A stretch of 64,000 nt of DNA. Origin: an uncultured bacterium. GTDB taxonomy: Bacteria; Zixibacteria; MSB-5A5; UBA10806. Positions 54,281 through 63,635 of this stretch are shown here, one piece after another. The notes under the pieces are model-generated. The model did not search any database. It worked only from the letters and a program-made list of their open reading frames with translations, and was not told the origin of the DNA. The translations under genes were made by a program, and so were the position numbers. The DNA is taken from the NCBI GenBank assembly GCA_965541585.1, contig CBEUCH010000017.1, positions 5,922 through 69,921 on the forward strand. Reading direction: 5' to 3'. The stretch's first letter is position 1; every line of letters begins with the position of its first letter.

Positions 54281-55327
54281 CTAAGCGCGGGAGCCGCGCT
54301 CATTCACTTCAGGCATCAGCCCGAATATTCGGACTATGGTCGGTAGTGAAAGAAGAAATACAAATGGCAACGCCTCGTAGTAGACCCGCAATTCATCGAT
54401 AAAGCCGAATACAAAGGCCAGCGACAAAAGCGGTACTAAAGTCACAATCATGCCGCGCCGAAGGAAAACGGGCTTATGTTTCCACCCATAGATAAGCAGC
54501 GGCAGATGGAATGCAACAACCGCAATAAAATAGAAGAATGCCAGGGGATGCAGAAAGAGGATCAGATTGTGATCGAATAGATGAAATTCGAACGGCATGC
54601 CCGGATTGTCTGCGTACAGGATCATAACCAGTGCCTTGATCGCTATCCAGATCAAACCCTGAAATACCAGATGCAGTGCAAGTCTTGATCTTGGCATTTC
54701 ACTGCCTTCTCGGAGATAAAATAAGGCAACCAGCAATATGGAGGTTTCTTTGTTCAGGGTGGCCAGGATAAAAACCAGATAGTATAAAAGATATCTCCTT
54801 TTCATTATAAGCGCTATCCCCAGGGTGAAAAGAAAGAAAGCGCCGGGATCATATATATAGCTGCAATACCTGAAATATATGGGAAGGGCCATTATTGCAC
54901 CGACCGGTGCAAAATCTGCGACAAAGTCGGGGAAATCGTAGAAGATTTTGATCAGATGGCGCAACATCAATGCAGAACCGATAAAACATACAAATATCAG
55001 AATCAGCATGAGCGCATACTCATAGATATATTCGTTCTCCCATCCCAGCATTTTGATGAACCTCTGCGCAGAAAGGCTTCCAGTGAAGGCGGATTCGACT
55101 TTTTCCTCGACGATTGCAGGAGTTATCTCTGTCGCCACTCTTACTATGGTCGGCAGGAGAATTCTGTAAACATACGGTTTATGTGCCTTGCCGTAGACCA
55201 TATCGGGGAACAAGGCTGCGCCGTATAGGTCTATCCCCGGATATATTACGAAGGCCACGGTTATCAATGCGGATATCAGGATATAGAGCGCTATAAGAAA
55301 TAATCTTCTCTGGAAGGGCAGGCCCAT
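54281..55327 (-). CDS. polytopic membrane protein, family not recognised
   Basis: 348 aa with at least 8 hydrophobic segments and a 'LATLNKETS' loop; possibly glycosyltransferase-C or polymerase-like, but I cannot place it. Confidence 0.65.
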   Translation of the reverse strand: MGLPFQRRLFLIALYILISALITVAFVIYPGIDLYGAALFPDMVYGKAHKPYVYRILLPTIVRVATEITPAIVEEKVESAFTGSLSAQRFIKMLGWENEYIYEYALMLILIFVCFIGSALMLRHLIKIFYDFPDFVADFAPVGAIMALPIYFRYCSYIYDPGAFFLFTLGIALIMKRRYLLYYLVFILATLNKETSILLVALFYLREGSEMPRSRLALHLVFQGLIWIAIKALVMILYADNPGMPFEFHLFDHNLILFLHPLAFFYFIAVVAFHLPLLIYGWKHKPVFLRRGMIVTLVPLLSLAFVFGFIDELRVYYEALPFVFLLSLPTIVRIFGLMPEVNERGSRA

Positions 55328-55409
55328 GTTAGTTTAACAATCCAATGCTCTCCTGGTGCTCAACGAGTCAAATATCAATGTCACATAAAAGCCCGTCAAG
55401 GATTTTATT

Positions 55410-55494
55410 CTGTAGTTGGCGTATCTCCCGATGCCCCAACAGGGTCGTCGTCGGCCGGGGACCCCGCCAAAGGCGGGGCGGATCGCAATAACCT
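55410..55494 (+). repeat. 85-nt structured repeat, copy 2
   Basis: Partner of 54146-54230. The first stem is kept by a U:G to U:A change (CGCCAGC vs CCCCAAC), and the second hairpin is identical. Confidence 0.85.
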
Positions 55495-55508
55495 AAAATA
55501 ATATCATC

Positions 55509-55536
55509 TTGACACCGGGCAGAATAAAACCATAAT
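55509..55536 (+). promoter_or_regulatory. sigma-70-type promoter for tRNA-Leu
   Basis: TTGACA (55509-55514), 16 nt, CATAAT (55531-55536), 12 nt before the tRNA 5' end. Confidence 0.5.
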
Positions 55537-55548
55537 TTCTTCTCGCAC

Positions 55549-55634
55549 GCCGGAGTGGTGAAACTGGTAGACGCGCTGGACTCAAAATCCAGTGGGGTTA
55601 ACGCTCCGTGTCGGTTCGATTCCGACCTCCGGCA
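55549..55634 (+). tRNA. tRNA-Leu (anticodon CAA)
   Basis: 86 nt: acceptor GCCGGAG/CTCCGGC, anticodon arm CTGGA-CTCAAAA-TCCAG, long variable arm, T-arm GTCGG-TTCGATT-CCGAC, discriminator A. Followed directly by T8 (55635-55642). Confidence 0.9.
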
Positions 55635-55675
55635 TTTTTTTTATAGATAATTCGGCTGACTTATCAAGTATGTCT

Positions 55676-57892
55676 TTATTGAGTCCCGGGGAGCGTCTGG
55701 CTGGCCTCAGGCATCTTTTTATCGACATCCTCAGGTCTGGCCGACGGCAAGAATACCCATATATAATGAGTCAGATTATCGCATTCATCGTAGTATGGCA
55801 GCACTGATACGGTAATTGTGATTTGATTATTCTGGCCGGGATTGAAGACCAGGTCTCTGGTGAGGCTGCTTTTGCCTTTGAGGCTACTCCAGACCGAATG
55901 GAGGATTGTGAGGTTGGGACTGCGAAGAGCTAAGCTCTTTATACTCATACCCTCCGCTGCACTATCTTCCAGGGAGAAAAACTCCTTAAAAGAGGTGTTG
56001 AAAAAGGAAGCTATTCCTGCGGTATCGGTAATGAGCATAGGCTGCGCCAGTCCCGACAGGATCTTGTGGGAAAATCCGATTTTATCTATGGTGTTTTTAT
56101 ATTCGCTGACGTCCCTCACGATCCACTGGATAAAATTGATATCGCCGGTGGCGATTTTTGAGGCGTTGATAGAGACCGGTATGAAAGTGCCATTTTTAGT
56201 TTCGTACTCTATTTCGCCGAGCGTTCCCCGGCCATCGGTGACCGCCGATTGCCATAACTGCCTGGCAATCGGCATTTGAGGTTGGGGATGGAGCTCCCAG
56301 ATATATTTAGCAACCAGCTCCGATCTTAAATATTTGAAAGTTCTTATGCCGGTCTCGTTAGCATCGGTGATTTTCCCGGTTTCGGAATCAACAAAGAAGA
56401 TGCTGTCGCCTGCCATGTCGACCGAACTTCGGTAAACCTTCTCAGACTCCTTAAGTCTCATATACAGCCGGCTTGTCTCTATTGCAGACGATGCCTGAGA
56501 AGCAAATACGGTTAGAGTCGAAATCTGTTCCTCGTAGAATTTTTTCTTGTTGATCTTATACAGGGTCAGAGCGCCAATCACCACGTTTTTGGCCAACAAT
56601 GGCACGGACAGCAGCGATTCGTCCACATCGGTAGTCCCGGGAACAAGAACTGCAATCTCCGTATCATCGTCACAGTTTTGAATGTGTGGTTTGCCATCCC
56701 GTACGACTGCGCCTGTTAGCCCCTGACCAACAGGGAACTCAAAATTCATCACCTCATCGCTGAAGACTTCTTCGGTCGAGTAAATAGGCTTTATAACCTG
56801 TCGCGCGTGATCCAGAGAGAAGATGGTGCAGGTATCAGAATCCGTGAGGGTCTCAGCCGCCGTGGCAATGGCCTCCAGAACATCCTTCATCTCCAGCGAC
56901 GCCGAAAGAGCCACGCTGGTATCATATAGCCCGGAGAAACGACGGGCCTCCGCCTTTATCCTGGCCCCCATTCTCTCATATTCCTGTTCGTCGTTTATCG
57001 TGCACATGAGGTTTTTCACAGCCCTGCCTTTTCGATAGATCTCGCTTATCGCCATAAATACTGGATGTTTTTCTCCATCCTGTCGGATTAAATGACATCT
57101 AATCCTCCTGGAATTTCTGGATGGACCCAGTCTCAGTCTCCAGTTACTCGGCATCTCAAAAATATCTATTGCCTCTTTATTTATGAGTTCTCTTTTATCA
57201 TAACCGGAGATTATCTGAAATTCATCGTTGCCGAAAACGACTCTGCCCGAGAGATTGAGTATTAGAAATGGATTCTTAAAGGCGTCTATTAGATCCTTCG
57301 ACTCGAAGTCGAAATCCATAAATCTCTGGGCTCTGCTTAGAAAGCCCGCCCTGAAGAATACCAAACTGCCCATAACCAGACTGCATCCTGATATATAGAC
57401 CTGCGACGCCTGTGCATGATGCAGGACCCAGATAAGGGCTCCCAAGGACAATAGGAGCCTGCGAAAACCATGAAACCGTATCAGGCCTGCCACCAGAAAA
57501 ATGCTCCCGATAAATTCTATTGCCATACCCTGTATGTTTGCGAAGTTGGGCTTGTGGTTGTACAAAAGATGAAGAGCCACTAAGATTATTGCAGCTAAAA
57601 GCCAGGAGTTCAATAATAATTCGCGCTTTCTTACTCCACCGACATTATTCTCCAGGCAGCAGGCATACGGAAGAAATAGGAGTATCAATATTCCGGGGTG
57701 GGATCGGATGGCAGAATCGAGATGCAGATATTGGAAATTTGTGGTTATTGCCTGGAGAATTAGAAATAGACCAATCAGAATATCCAGCGTACATCTGCTG
57801 AAATCCGAGATACGGCGGTTTCTTCCGTTAGCGAACACTCCCAGGAAAACCGCAACCCCCAGGAATATTTCAAGTACTCCGTTAGGCGACAT
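55676..57892 (-). CDS. membrane-anchored PAS/GAF/PAS sensor protein without a recognisable output domain
   Basis: 738 aa: about 190 aa of TM segments, PAS ('LILNLSGRVVFGNDEFQIISGYDKREL'), GAF ('LEAIATAAETLTDSDTCTIF...GQGLTGAVV...LSVPLLAKNVVIGALTLY') and two further PAS-like segments. No H-box, GGDEF, EAL or HD-GYP seen. Confidence 0.8.
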   Translation of the reverse strand: MSPNGVLEIFLGVAVFLGVFANGRNRRISDFSRCTLDILIGLFLILQAITTNFQYLHLDSAIRSHPGILILLFLPYACCLENNVGGVRKRELLLNSWLLAAIILVALHLLYNHKPNFANIQGMAIEFIGSIFLVAGLIRFHGFRRLLLSLGALIWVLHHAQASQVYISGCSLVMGSLVFFRAGFLSRAQRFMDFDFESKDLIDAFKNPFLILNLSGRVVFGNDEFQIISGYDKRELINKEAIDIFEMPSNWRLRLGPSRNSRRIRCHLIRQDGEKHPVFMAISEIYRKGRAVKNLMCTINDEQEYERMGARIKAEARRFSGLYDTSVALSASLEMKDVLEAIATAAETLTDSDTCTIFSLDHARQVIKPIYSTEEVFSDEVMNFEFPVGQGLTGAVVRDGKPHIQNCDDDTEIAVLVPGTTDVDESLLSVPLLAKNVVIGALTLYKINKKKFYEEQISTLTVFASQASSAIETSRLYMRLKESEKVYRSSVDMAGDSIFFVDSETGKITDANETGIRTFKYLRSELVAKYIWELHPQPQMPIARQLWQSAVTDGRGTLGEIEYETKNGTFIPVSINASKIATGDINFIQWIVRDVSEYKNTIDKIGFSHKILSGLAQPMLITDTAGIASFFNTSFKEFFSLEDSAAEGMSIKSLALRSPNLTILHSVWSSLKGKSSLTRDLVFNPGQNNQITITVSVLPYYDECDNLTHYIWVFLPSARPEDVDKKMPEASQTLPGTQ

Positions 57893-58001
57893 AAGAAATA
57901 TCCTGCCCTTAATGAGTTTTATCGGGAATATGGATACCCTCTCATATGTTATCGATCATTCGGCGAGGATCTTGAATTTCGGGCATATGATCAAGTATTG
58001 C

Positions 58002-58033
58002 GATTCTGCCAAAAAGAGAGCCGGCCCCCGGAT
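58002..58033 (-). terminator. rho-independent terminator after the porin gene
   Basis: Minus strand GCCGGCC-N9-GGCCGGC followed by TCTCTTTTT, 33 nt after the stop. Confidence 0.65.
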
Positions 58034-58066
58034 GAGGCCGGCATTCGATCGCAGATTGTGGAAATT

Positions 58067-59230
58067 TCAGAAAGCAAGAAGCATATTCAGATACAGGTAC
58101 GAATTGGAGATATCGTCAGCCATGAAGGGGATATCTTTTATCTTCTCGGCCCGGTAATTCAATGCCGCTGCCAGCCCCTTTACCGGTTCGCATTCAACGC
58201 CGAATATGAACTCATTGGCAGAGGTCTCGAAATTAATGCCGCCGGGAGGTATGATTTCATGGTCATCGGCATCCGGATCGACCATCATGTAGCGGAAAAA
58301 TAGACTGGTGGTCCGCAAAAGGGGAGTATTTTCCGCTAGATCGGTTAACCAGAGAGTCCCGAATAGGGCGATGGCTGTAACCTTATTATCAGACAAATCG
58401 GGCCAGGCACCACCAAATCCCATATCTGCCACGTCGAGGATTTGAGGCGACTTATACGAGTCGTATTCAATCCCGAGGGCGAATAATTCACGGTAATGCA
58501 GATTTCCCATGATCGAGATCATGGTTTTCTTATAGTCGTCCTTTACCTGCGCAGAATCGACGTAAGAATTCAGTGTCCCGGAATAAACCTGGAACCCTAT
58601 CTTCGATTTGCCGAAATCCGGGTTGGTGTTCAGAGGAGTGAGAAATACCGCCAGGTTGATATCTTTTGTGGGATTGTTGTCGCCGGGATCTTCATAAGAT
58701 GTCCCATTGAAGATTGCCAGTTTCGCATATCCCCATTTTCCTTCTTCGCCGAAGTTGCTTTTAAAAGACAGGCCGAAATCAGCGGAGGTCTCCATGCTCA
58801 GCTGTTCGGTCGGGGTCATCTCCAGGTAGCGGCGGCCCCAGACAGCGTCCATTTCGGAGATCCAGGGAGTTGCTTGAAGACCGAAACGTGTTGAGAGATC
58901 GAAATTTTCCCGCGAGAGTAGCTTCCAGTTGATATAAGCATATTTGAGCCTGATGTTGGCGATGCCTGGATTGACATCAACCGTGACCTTACCCCAGGTT
59001 TTATCCGAGAGTTTAGCCTTGGCGTAGATATACGCTCTCTGGATGCTGAAGGCGCTGTAACTATCGAAATCGACATCCGAGCGGCTGTAATCCAGTGTAT
59101 CGGACATATCGTAATACCACTGTCCGAAAATCTCCCCGCCGACTTTTACTTCTTTATCTGCACTGGCAACAGAAAAAGCAAAAAACACCATCAAAACAAT
59201 AATAATTGATCCTACAGTACGCGTCATCAC
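58067..59230 (-). CDS. outer-membrane porin-like beta-barrel protein
   Basis: 387 aa with a signal peptide ('VFFAFSVASA'), alternating amphipathic strands, many Tyr/Gly/Asp turns and a C-terminal 'LLAF'. Confidence 0.65.
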   Translation of the reverse strand: MMTRTVGSIIIVLMVFFAFSVASADKEVKVGGEIFGQWYYDMSDTLDYSRSDVDFDSYSAFSIQRAYIYAKAKLSDKTWGKVTVDVNPGIANIRLKYAYINWKLLSRENFDLSTRFGLQATPWISEMDAVWGRRYLEMTPTEQLSMETSADFGLSFKSNFGEEGKWGYAKLAIFNGTSYEDPGDNNPTKDINLAVFLTPLNTNPDFGKSKIGFQVYSGTLNSYVDSAQVKDDYKKTMISIMGNLHYRELFALGIEYDSYKSPQILDVADMGFGGAWPDLSDNKVTAIALFGTLWLTDLAENTPLLRTTSLFFRYMMVDPDADDHEIIPPGGINFETSANEFIFGVECEPVKGLAAALNYRAEKIKDIPFMADDISNSYLYLNMLLAF

Positions 59231-59413
59231 TCCTCCTTTAATATGTAAATTACTTTGATAATCATCCTATGATTATTTTTAATACCGAAACTCCCCTCCT
59301 TTCGACAGGATTCGCTGTTCAGGTTTGAAAATCGCTCCGGGCACTTCGCACCCAATGATCGATTATTCTCTTAATATCTTTTCATCAGAAAATCAAGCCT
59401 GATCCAGTTTAAA

Positions 59414-59442
59414 TTGTAGAATGGTTTTCAAATACCTATATT
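59414..59442 (+). promoter_or_regulatory. sigma-70-type promoter abutting the FAD-oxidoreductase start codon
   Basis: TTGTAG (59414-59419), 17 nt, TATATT (59437-59442), then 6 nt before ATG 59449. No SD. Confidence 0.5.
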
Positions 59443-59448
59443 ATTCTT

Positions 59449-60642
59449 ATGACGTTATCTTACTGGCATAAGCTGGCACAGGTCAGGGAAGGCACGCCTG
59501 AAGGCAAATCATCGCGTTATAAGTCATACGATGTCGTTGTCATAGGTGCGGGATTGGTTGGAATCGCCACGGCCTATTATTTGAATCAACTGGGGTGTGA
59601 TCGTGTGCTGGTACTTGAAAAAGAGTTTATCGGATACGGCGCCTCCGGTAGAAACGCCGGGTTCCTGCTATCCGGCTTGGCGGAGCCATATTCGCGCCTC
59701 ATTGTCGGTATGGGCCATGATGCCGCCCGCGGAATCTACTCATCCACTATCGAAAACCATGACCTTATTGCGCGCGCCGTATCGGACAACGACATAGACT
59801 GCGGATATGAGAGATCGGGATCTTATCATCTTGCGGCTACCGAGGTCGAACGGGGCGAACTGGAGGAATCGGTCAATCTTCTCAGGCGCGATGGCTTCGA
59901 TGCCGAGTATCTTCCCGTAATCCCTGGTGCGGCAGGATCGAGATTGAAAGGTCATCAAGGTGCTTTTTTTAGCCCGGTCGACGGCAGAATAAATCCGTTC
60001 GCTTTTGTCAGAGGTCTTGCTCGTGACATCGACGTAATAGAGGGATTCGAGATAAAGCGGATCGCAAAGACCGATGCCGCGATAGAACTGATCGGTGAAA
60101 AAAGCAAGATCAGATCGGTTATGGTGGTTCTGGCAATCAATGGGTATGCTCCCCTCCTGGATAGCTATTTCGAGGGTTTGATTTTTCCTGTTCGGGGCCA
60201 GATGCTGGCGACCTCTCCCTTGGCTGAGAATCTCCTCGGTGAGTCGATATATTATGCTAATTTCGGGTACGATTATTTCAACCAGACTCCCGACAATACG
60301 ATATTAATGGGCGGTTTGAGAAATAGGTTTATTGCTGAAGAAATGGGCTATGACGATAGCCCGAATCCCGGATTACAGGACGGACTGGAGGACTATATCA
60401 AAGACAACTTGGGAATCAGGACCTTTAGAGTCGAGACACGCTGGAGCGGCGTAATGGGCAACACTATCGACGGCCTGCCGCTCGTGGGCGCTCTGCCTCA
60501 CAATAGCGCCGTTCTGGCGGCAGTAGGATTCAACACCCATGGATTCGGGCTGGGAATGGTAATCGCCCGGGATCTGGCTATGGCTATTATGAAGAATGAA
60601 ACATCAGACATCCTGAGGAGATTCTCTCTGAAAAGATTCTAA
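59449..60642 (+). CDS. FAD-dependent oxidoreductase (DAO family)
   Basis: 397 aa with the dinucleotide fold 'YDVVVIGAGLVGIATAYYL'; sarcosine/glycine/D-amino-acid-oxidase-like length. Confidence 0.85.
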   Translation: MTLSYWHKLAQVREGTPEGKSSRYKSYDVVVIGAGLVGIATAYYLNQLGCDRVLVLEKEFIGYGASGRNAGFLLSGLAEPYSRLIVGMGHDAARGIYSSTIENHDLIARAVSDNDIDCGYERSGSYHLAATEVERGELEESVNLLRRDGFDAEYLPVIPGAAGSRLKGHQGAFFSPVDGRINPFAFVRGLARDIDVIEGFEIKRIAKTDAAIELIGEKSKIRSVMVVLAINGYAPLLDSYFEGLIFPVRGQMLATSPLAENLLGESIYYANFGYDYFNQTPDNTILMGGLRNRFIAEEMGYDDSPNPGLQDGLEDYIKDNLGIRTFRVETRWSGVMGNTIDGLPLVGALPHNSAVLAAVGFNTHGFGLGMVIARDLAMAIMKNETSDILRRFSLKRF

Positions 60643-60726
60643 TGATATTAGATGGATTCATTCGATAGAGGCCGCTAAAAATCATATAAAGCGATACGCA
60701 AATAAAATGACATAACTTGCTTACTA

Positions 60727-61626
60727 TTAAGGGATTAAGATCTTCGCCGATGAGACATCTCGCAGAGGGTGTTCTCTTGACACAAAGTCCGATTTTCCTC
60801 CGGGAGGGTAGCCAGATTGCCCTTCTTCAGACGCTCGATATTCGGCCTTATCGTAGTCGGGATCGAGACACGAACGATCGATTAGGAAATCCAGTGCCCA
60901 TTTGCCAACGTTTATCATAATGTTCTCTTTGTTCGAGCGTATGGATTGTGGCGGCAAGCCTCTAATTAATGAGTCTATATCAAAAATGGCATTCCCGAAC
61001 TGCAACTTCACCTGTTCAGGCAATTTTTTGAATTTAGGTTTGTCCATATTCTCGTATATATTATTCAGAAAATTCTGAGATTCGATATACGGTTCCGCCT
61101 CCGATTCCTCGACCCATCCCCGGATCGTCAAAGATCTGCCGTTTTCAACATCCCCGCATTGGCAATTATTGACCAGGCAGAAATATAAGACGCCGCCATT
61201 CGAAATTTTCCCCAGCGGATAGAGTCTGCATCGCAAAGGACGATCCTTATACACAGAGCAGCCATAGGATCTTAAGAAATTGCATTTATTGCGATCTCCC
61301 TCGCCTTGATACCTCAATAGAGCAGTGGGGATATGTGTCTCATGATCGAGTCTAAGATCAGCATAGAGTTTTAGAAATCTACCGGTCGACATTTCCCTGT
61401 TTCGGCTCAGCCGGTAAACGTCGTAGGGGTCGAGTATGATCCTCTCCTGTTGCGTGAAATTCTTGCAGCAGGCATTCGTCCTCTGACATGTGAAACTGAA
61501 TCTATCGCCATCGCGTAAAAATCTAATATGATTTATATTATTATCTATGCATCTTTTCTTATATGCTCTGGTGAAGCCCTTCGTCTTCTCCAGTTCTTTC
61601 GGGTCGCCGATTACCATGTACACCAT
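60727..61626 (-). CDS. YkgJ-family Cys-cluster (CxxCxxCC) protein
   Basis: 299 aa; 'FTCQRTNACCKNF' plus later Cys pairs ('CNFLRSYGCSVY', 'CRLYP') fit the UPF0153/YkgJ pattern. Confidence 0.65.
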   Translation of the reverse strand: MVYMVIGDPKELEKTKGFTRAYKKRCIDNNINHIRFLRDGDRFSFTCQRTNACCKNFTQQERIILDPYDVYRLSRNREMSTGRFLKLYADLRLDHETHIPTALLRYQGEGDRNKCNFLRSYGCSVYKDRPLRCRLYPLGKISNGGVLYFCLVNNCQCGDVENGRSLTIRGWVEESEAEPYIESQNFLNNIYENMDKPKFKKLPEQVKLQFGNAIFDIDSLIRGLPPQSIRSNKENIMINVGKWALDFLIDRSCLDPDYDKAEYRASEEGQSGYPPGGKSDFVSREHPLRDVSSAKILIP

Positions 61627-61849
61627 ATTCCTGATCGTTTTAAATTAGTTTCGGGACTAAATGCCAGAGGCATGGGTATTGAAAATTCTATTGTCGAATA
61701 TTCCCCCCAGGTAGGTTCAAAATGAAACGGCGATCCAAGAGTCCCTGTTAGCCTGGGATACTGTTACCAGCCATTAGAACATCTGATGGATAAGCAGCAT
61801 ATATAGATTATTCCTCGAAAGATAAATTTGGTGTCTATGAAAACTCGGT

Positions 61850-62521
61850 TTAGGTCCTCAGCGAAAACGGGTTGAAATTGGTGTCCCGGTCATAGGCGTC
61901 CACCCCTTCCTTGCTTTTCAAGAACCGGACTACTGCATAGGTCAAGGGAGTGCAGAGCGCTTCGAATCCGACCTTGAAGAGATAATTGGAAACCAGGATG
62001 GTCAGGAGGAGATCGCCAGGGAAAACACCGTAGAATGCGATCATGACGAACAACATCGTATCGACTCCCTCCCCTATGATAGTCGAACCGATGGTCCGGC
62101 TCCAGAGCCATTTGCCTTTTGTGAAGATCTTCATCTTGGCCAGAGTATAGGCGTTGGAAAATTCTCCTGAGAAATAGGCAATTAGCGACGCCAGAACAAT
62201 CCGCGGTGTCAATCCTAGAATCTTATCATAAGCCTCCTGATTTTCCCAACCGGCAGCCGGGGGCAGCTTTCCGACGATCATGAAAACAACAGACATGAGC
62301 AAAGCAGCAAGAAAGCCGGTCCAGATCACACGGCGGGATCTTTTGTAGCCGTAGACCTCGGTCAGGATATCACCGAAGATATAGCTTATGGGGAAGAGAA
62401 TGGTGCCGCCATCGAACGTGAACGGCCCGAGATCGAGCACCTTCGACGAGGCAACGTTGGATATCAGCAGCACGGCCACGAAAAGACCAAGTATTATATC
62501 GTAGTATTTGAATTGCTTCAT
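61850..62521 (-). CDS. yhhQ: queuosine-precursor transporter (YhhQ/DUF165 family)
   Basis: 223 aa; 'LISNVASSKVLDLGPFTFDGGTILFPISYIFGDILTEVYGY' is characteristic. Confidence 0.85.
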   Translation of the reverse strand: MKQFKYYDIILGLFVAVLLISNVASSKVLDLGPFTFDGGTILFPISYIFGDILTEVYGYKRSRRVIWTGFLAALLMSVVFMIVGKLPPAAGWENQEAYDKILGLTPRIVLASLIAYFSGEFSNAYTLAKMKIFTKGKWLWSRTIGSTIIGEGVDTMLFVMIAFYGVFPGDLLLTILVSNYLFKVGFEALCTPLTYAVVRFLKSKEGVDAYDRDTNFNPFSLRT

Positions 62522-62560
62522 CGGATAGTTTACTCTTGAATTGTCTTTATCGAGAAACCC

Positions 62561-63331
62561 TTACGCCAGCGAATAGCCGCCGTCGACCACTATCACCTGG
62601 CCGGTGAGCCATGTGGCCTTCTCAGAACATAGAAAGGCCACCACGTCGGCGATCTCCTCCGGCTTGCCGACACGATCAAACGGCGTCCGCCGAACGACCT
62701 CGTCCACCATCTCCTGGTAGTTGGGGAATCCCTTGAGAGCGTCGGTATCGATGAAGCCGCCGGAAACCGTGTTAACGTTTATTCTTTTCGATGCCAACTC
62801 GAATGCCAGATATCTCGTCAGCGTTTCAATGGCGGCTTTGGACGCCCCGATGGCGGCGTAACCGGGTATATATCTGAACGAGCCGAGCGATGATAGGGCC
62901 ACCACCTTGGAACCCTCCGGCATCATATCGCTGGCCAGTTGGACGCCTTTTAGATACGCCCAGGCGTTGGTGTCCATGGATAATTGCCAGGCCTTGTCGC
63001 TAAGCTCCATGGCCGATGTGAACAGACCCAGTGCGGCGTTGGATATCAGGATATCGAGGCGGCCGTATTTTTCGCGGACTTCATCGTAAACCTTCGGCAT
63101 CTTCTCGTGGTTACCGATATTGGCCCTTATGGCCAGATGGTCGCCGCCGAATTCATTCATCTGTGCGATCGTCTCATCGGCAGCGTTGCGGCTGCGCAGG
63201 TAGTTGACCGCAACATTGGCGCCTCCCCCGGCCAGCTTCATGGCGATAGCCTTGCCTATCCCCTTAGTGCCGCCGGTTACAAGGGCGACTTTGCCCTCAA
63301 ACTCCCTGCTGTTATCTGGTGAATTTTCCAT
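62561..63331 (-). CDS. fabL: SDR-family enoyl-ACP reductase, FabL-like
   Basis: 256 aa; 'ALVTGGTKGIGKAIA', 'VNYLRSRNAA', 'SSLGSFRYIPGYAAIGASKAA' and 'VSGGFIDTDALKGFPN' closely parallel my recollection of B. subtilis FabL. Confidence 0.75.
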   Translation of the reverse strand: MENSPDNSREFEGKVALVTGGTKGIGKAIAMKLAGGGANVAVNYLRSRNAADETIAQMNEFGGDHLAIRANIGNHEKMPKVYDEVREKYGRLDILISNAALGLFTSAMELSDKAWQLSMDTNAWAYLKGVQLASDMMPEGSKVVALSSLGSFRYIPGYAAIGASKAAIETLTRYLAFELASKRINVNTVSGGFIDTDALKGFPNYQEMVDEVVRRTPFDRVGKPEEIADVVAFLCSEKATWLTGQVIVVDGGYSLA

Positions 63332-63583
63332 GTCCCTCCCCGATGTCCTATCAGATCGTTTAAATTCAGGTTCGGAAATTAATATAGTAGGTCAATTTTG
63401 TCAACGTTTGATGTTCTCGCTGCTCTGAAATCCTGCACCTAACCTGGCGTGAAGTTTTTTGATCATCTTTCACAAACAGCGCATTATCATGCACACTACG
63501 AATAGATTTAGGACGCGGATTGAGCGACTAAAATATAACCCATTATATAACAATTGGTTAGATGCTCCCCAAAACAGCCTTTC

Positions 63584-63599
63584 AGGCACGCCTCTTGCT
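63584..63599 (+). promoter_or_regulatory. sigma-54 (-24/-12) promoter
   Basis: aGGCACGcctcTTGCt matches TGGCACG-N4-TTGCW at every position except the first T. It ends 36 nt before ATG 63636, and GGAGG lies 7 nt before the ATG. Confidence 0.6.
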
Positions 63600-63635
63600 T
63601 TATAGTAAAACCGGTTTTACTATGGAGGTTTTAAA

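Noticed and set aside
54146-55494. An integron attC / gene-cassette interpretation of the 85-nt repeats.
   Set aside because: The ends do not match the attC core sites: GTTGGCG is not GTTRRRY, and there is no RYYYAAC partner. No IntI-type integrase or attI is nearby. A peptide-coding reading ('VVGVPPGAPAGSSSDGDPAKGG..') was also rejected, because most substitutions are non-synonymous and there is no start context.
62522-62560. A possible preQ1 riboswitch in the 39-nt gap before yhhQ; YhhQ genes are often preQ1-controlled.
   Set aside because: The minus strand reads GGGUUUCUCGAUAAAGACAAUUCAAGAGUAAACUAUCCG. It has an AAACUA tail, but only a 3-bp P1 (CUC/GAG) and none of the conserved loop, so it does not fit the preQ1-I consensus.
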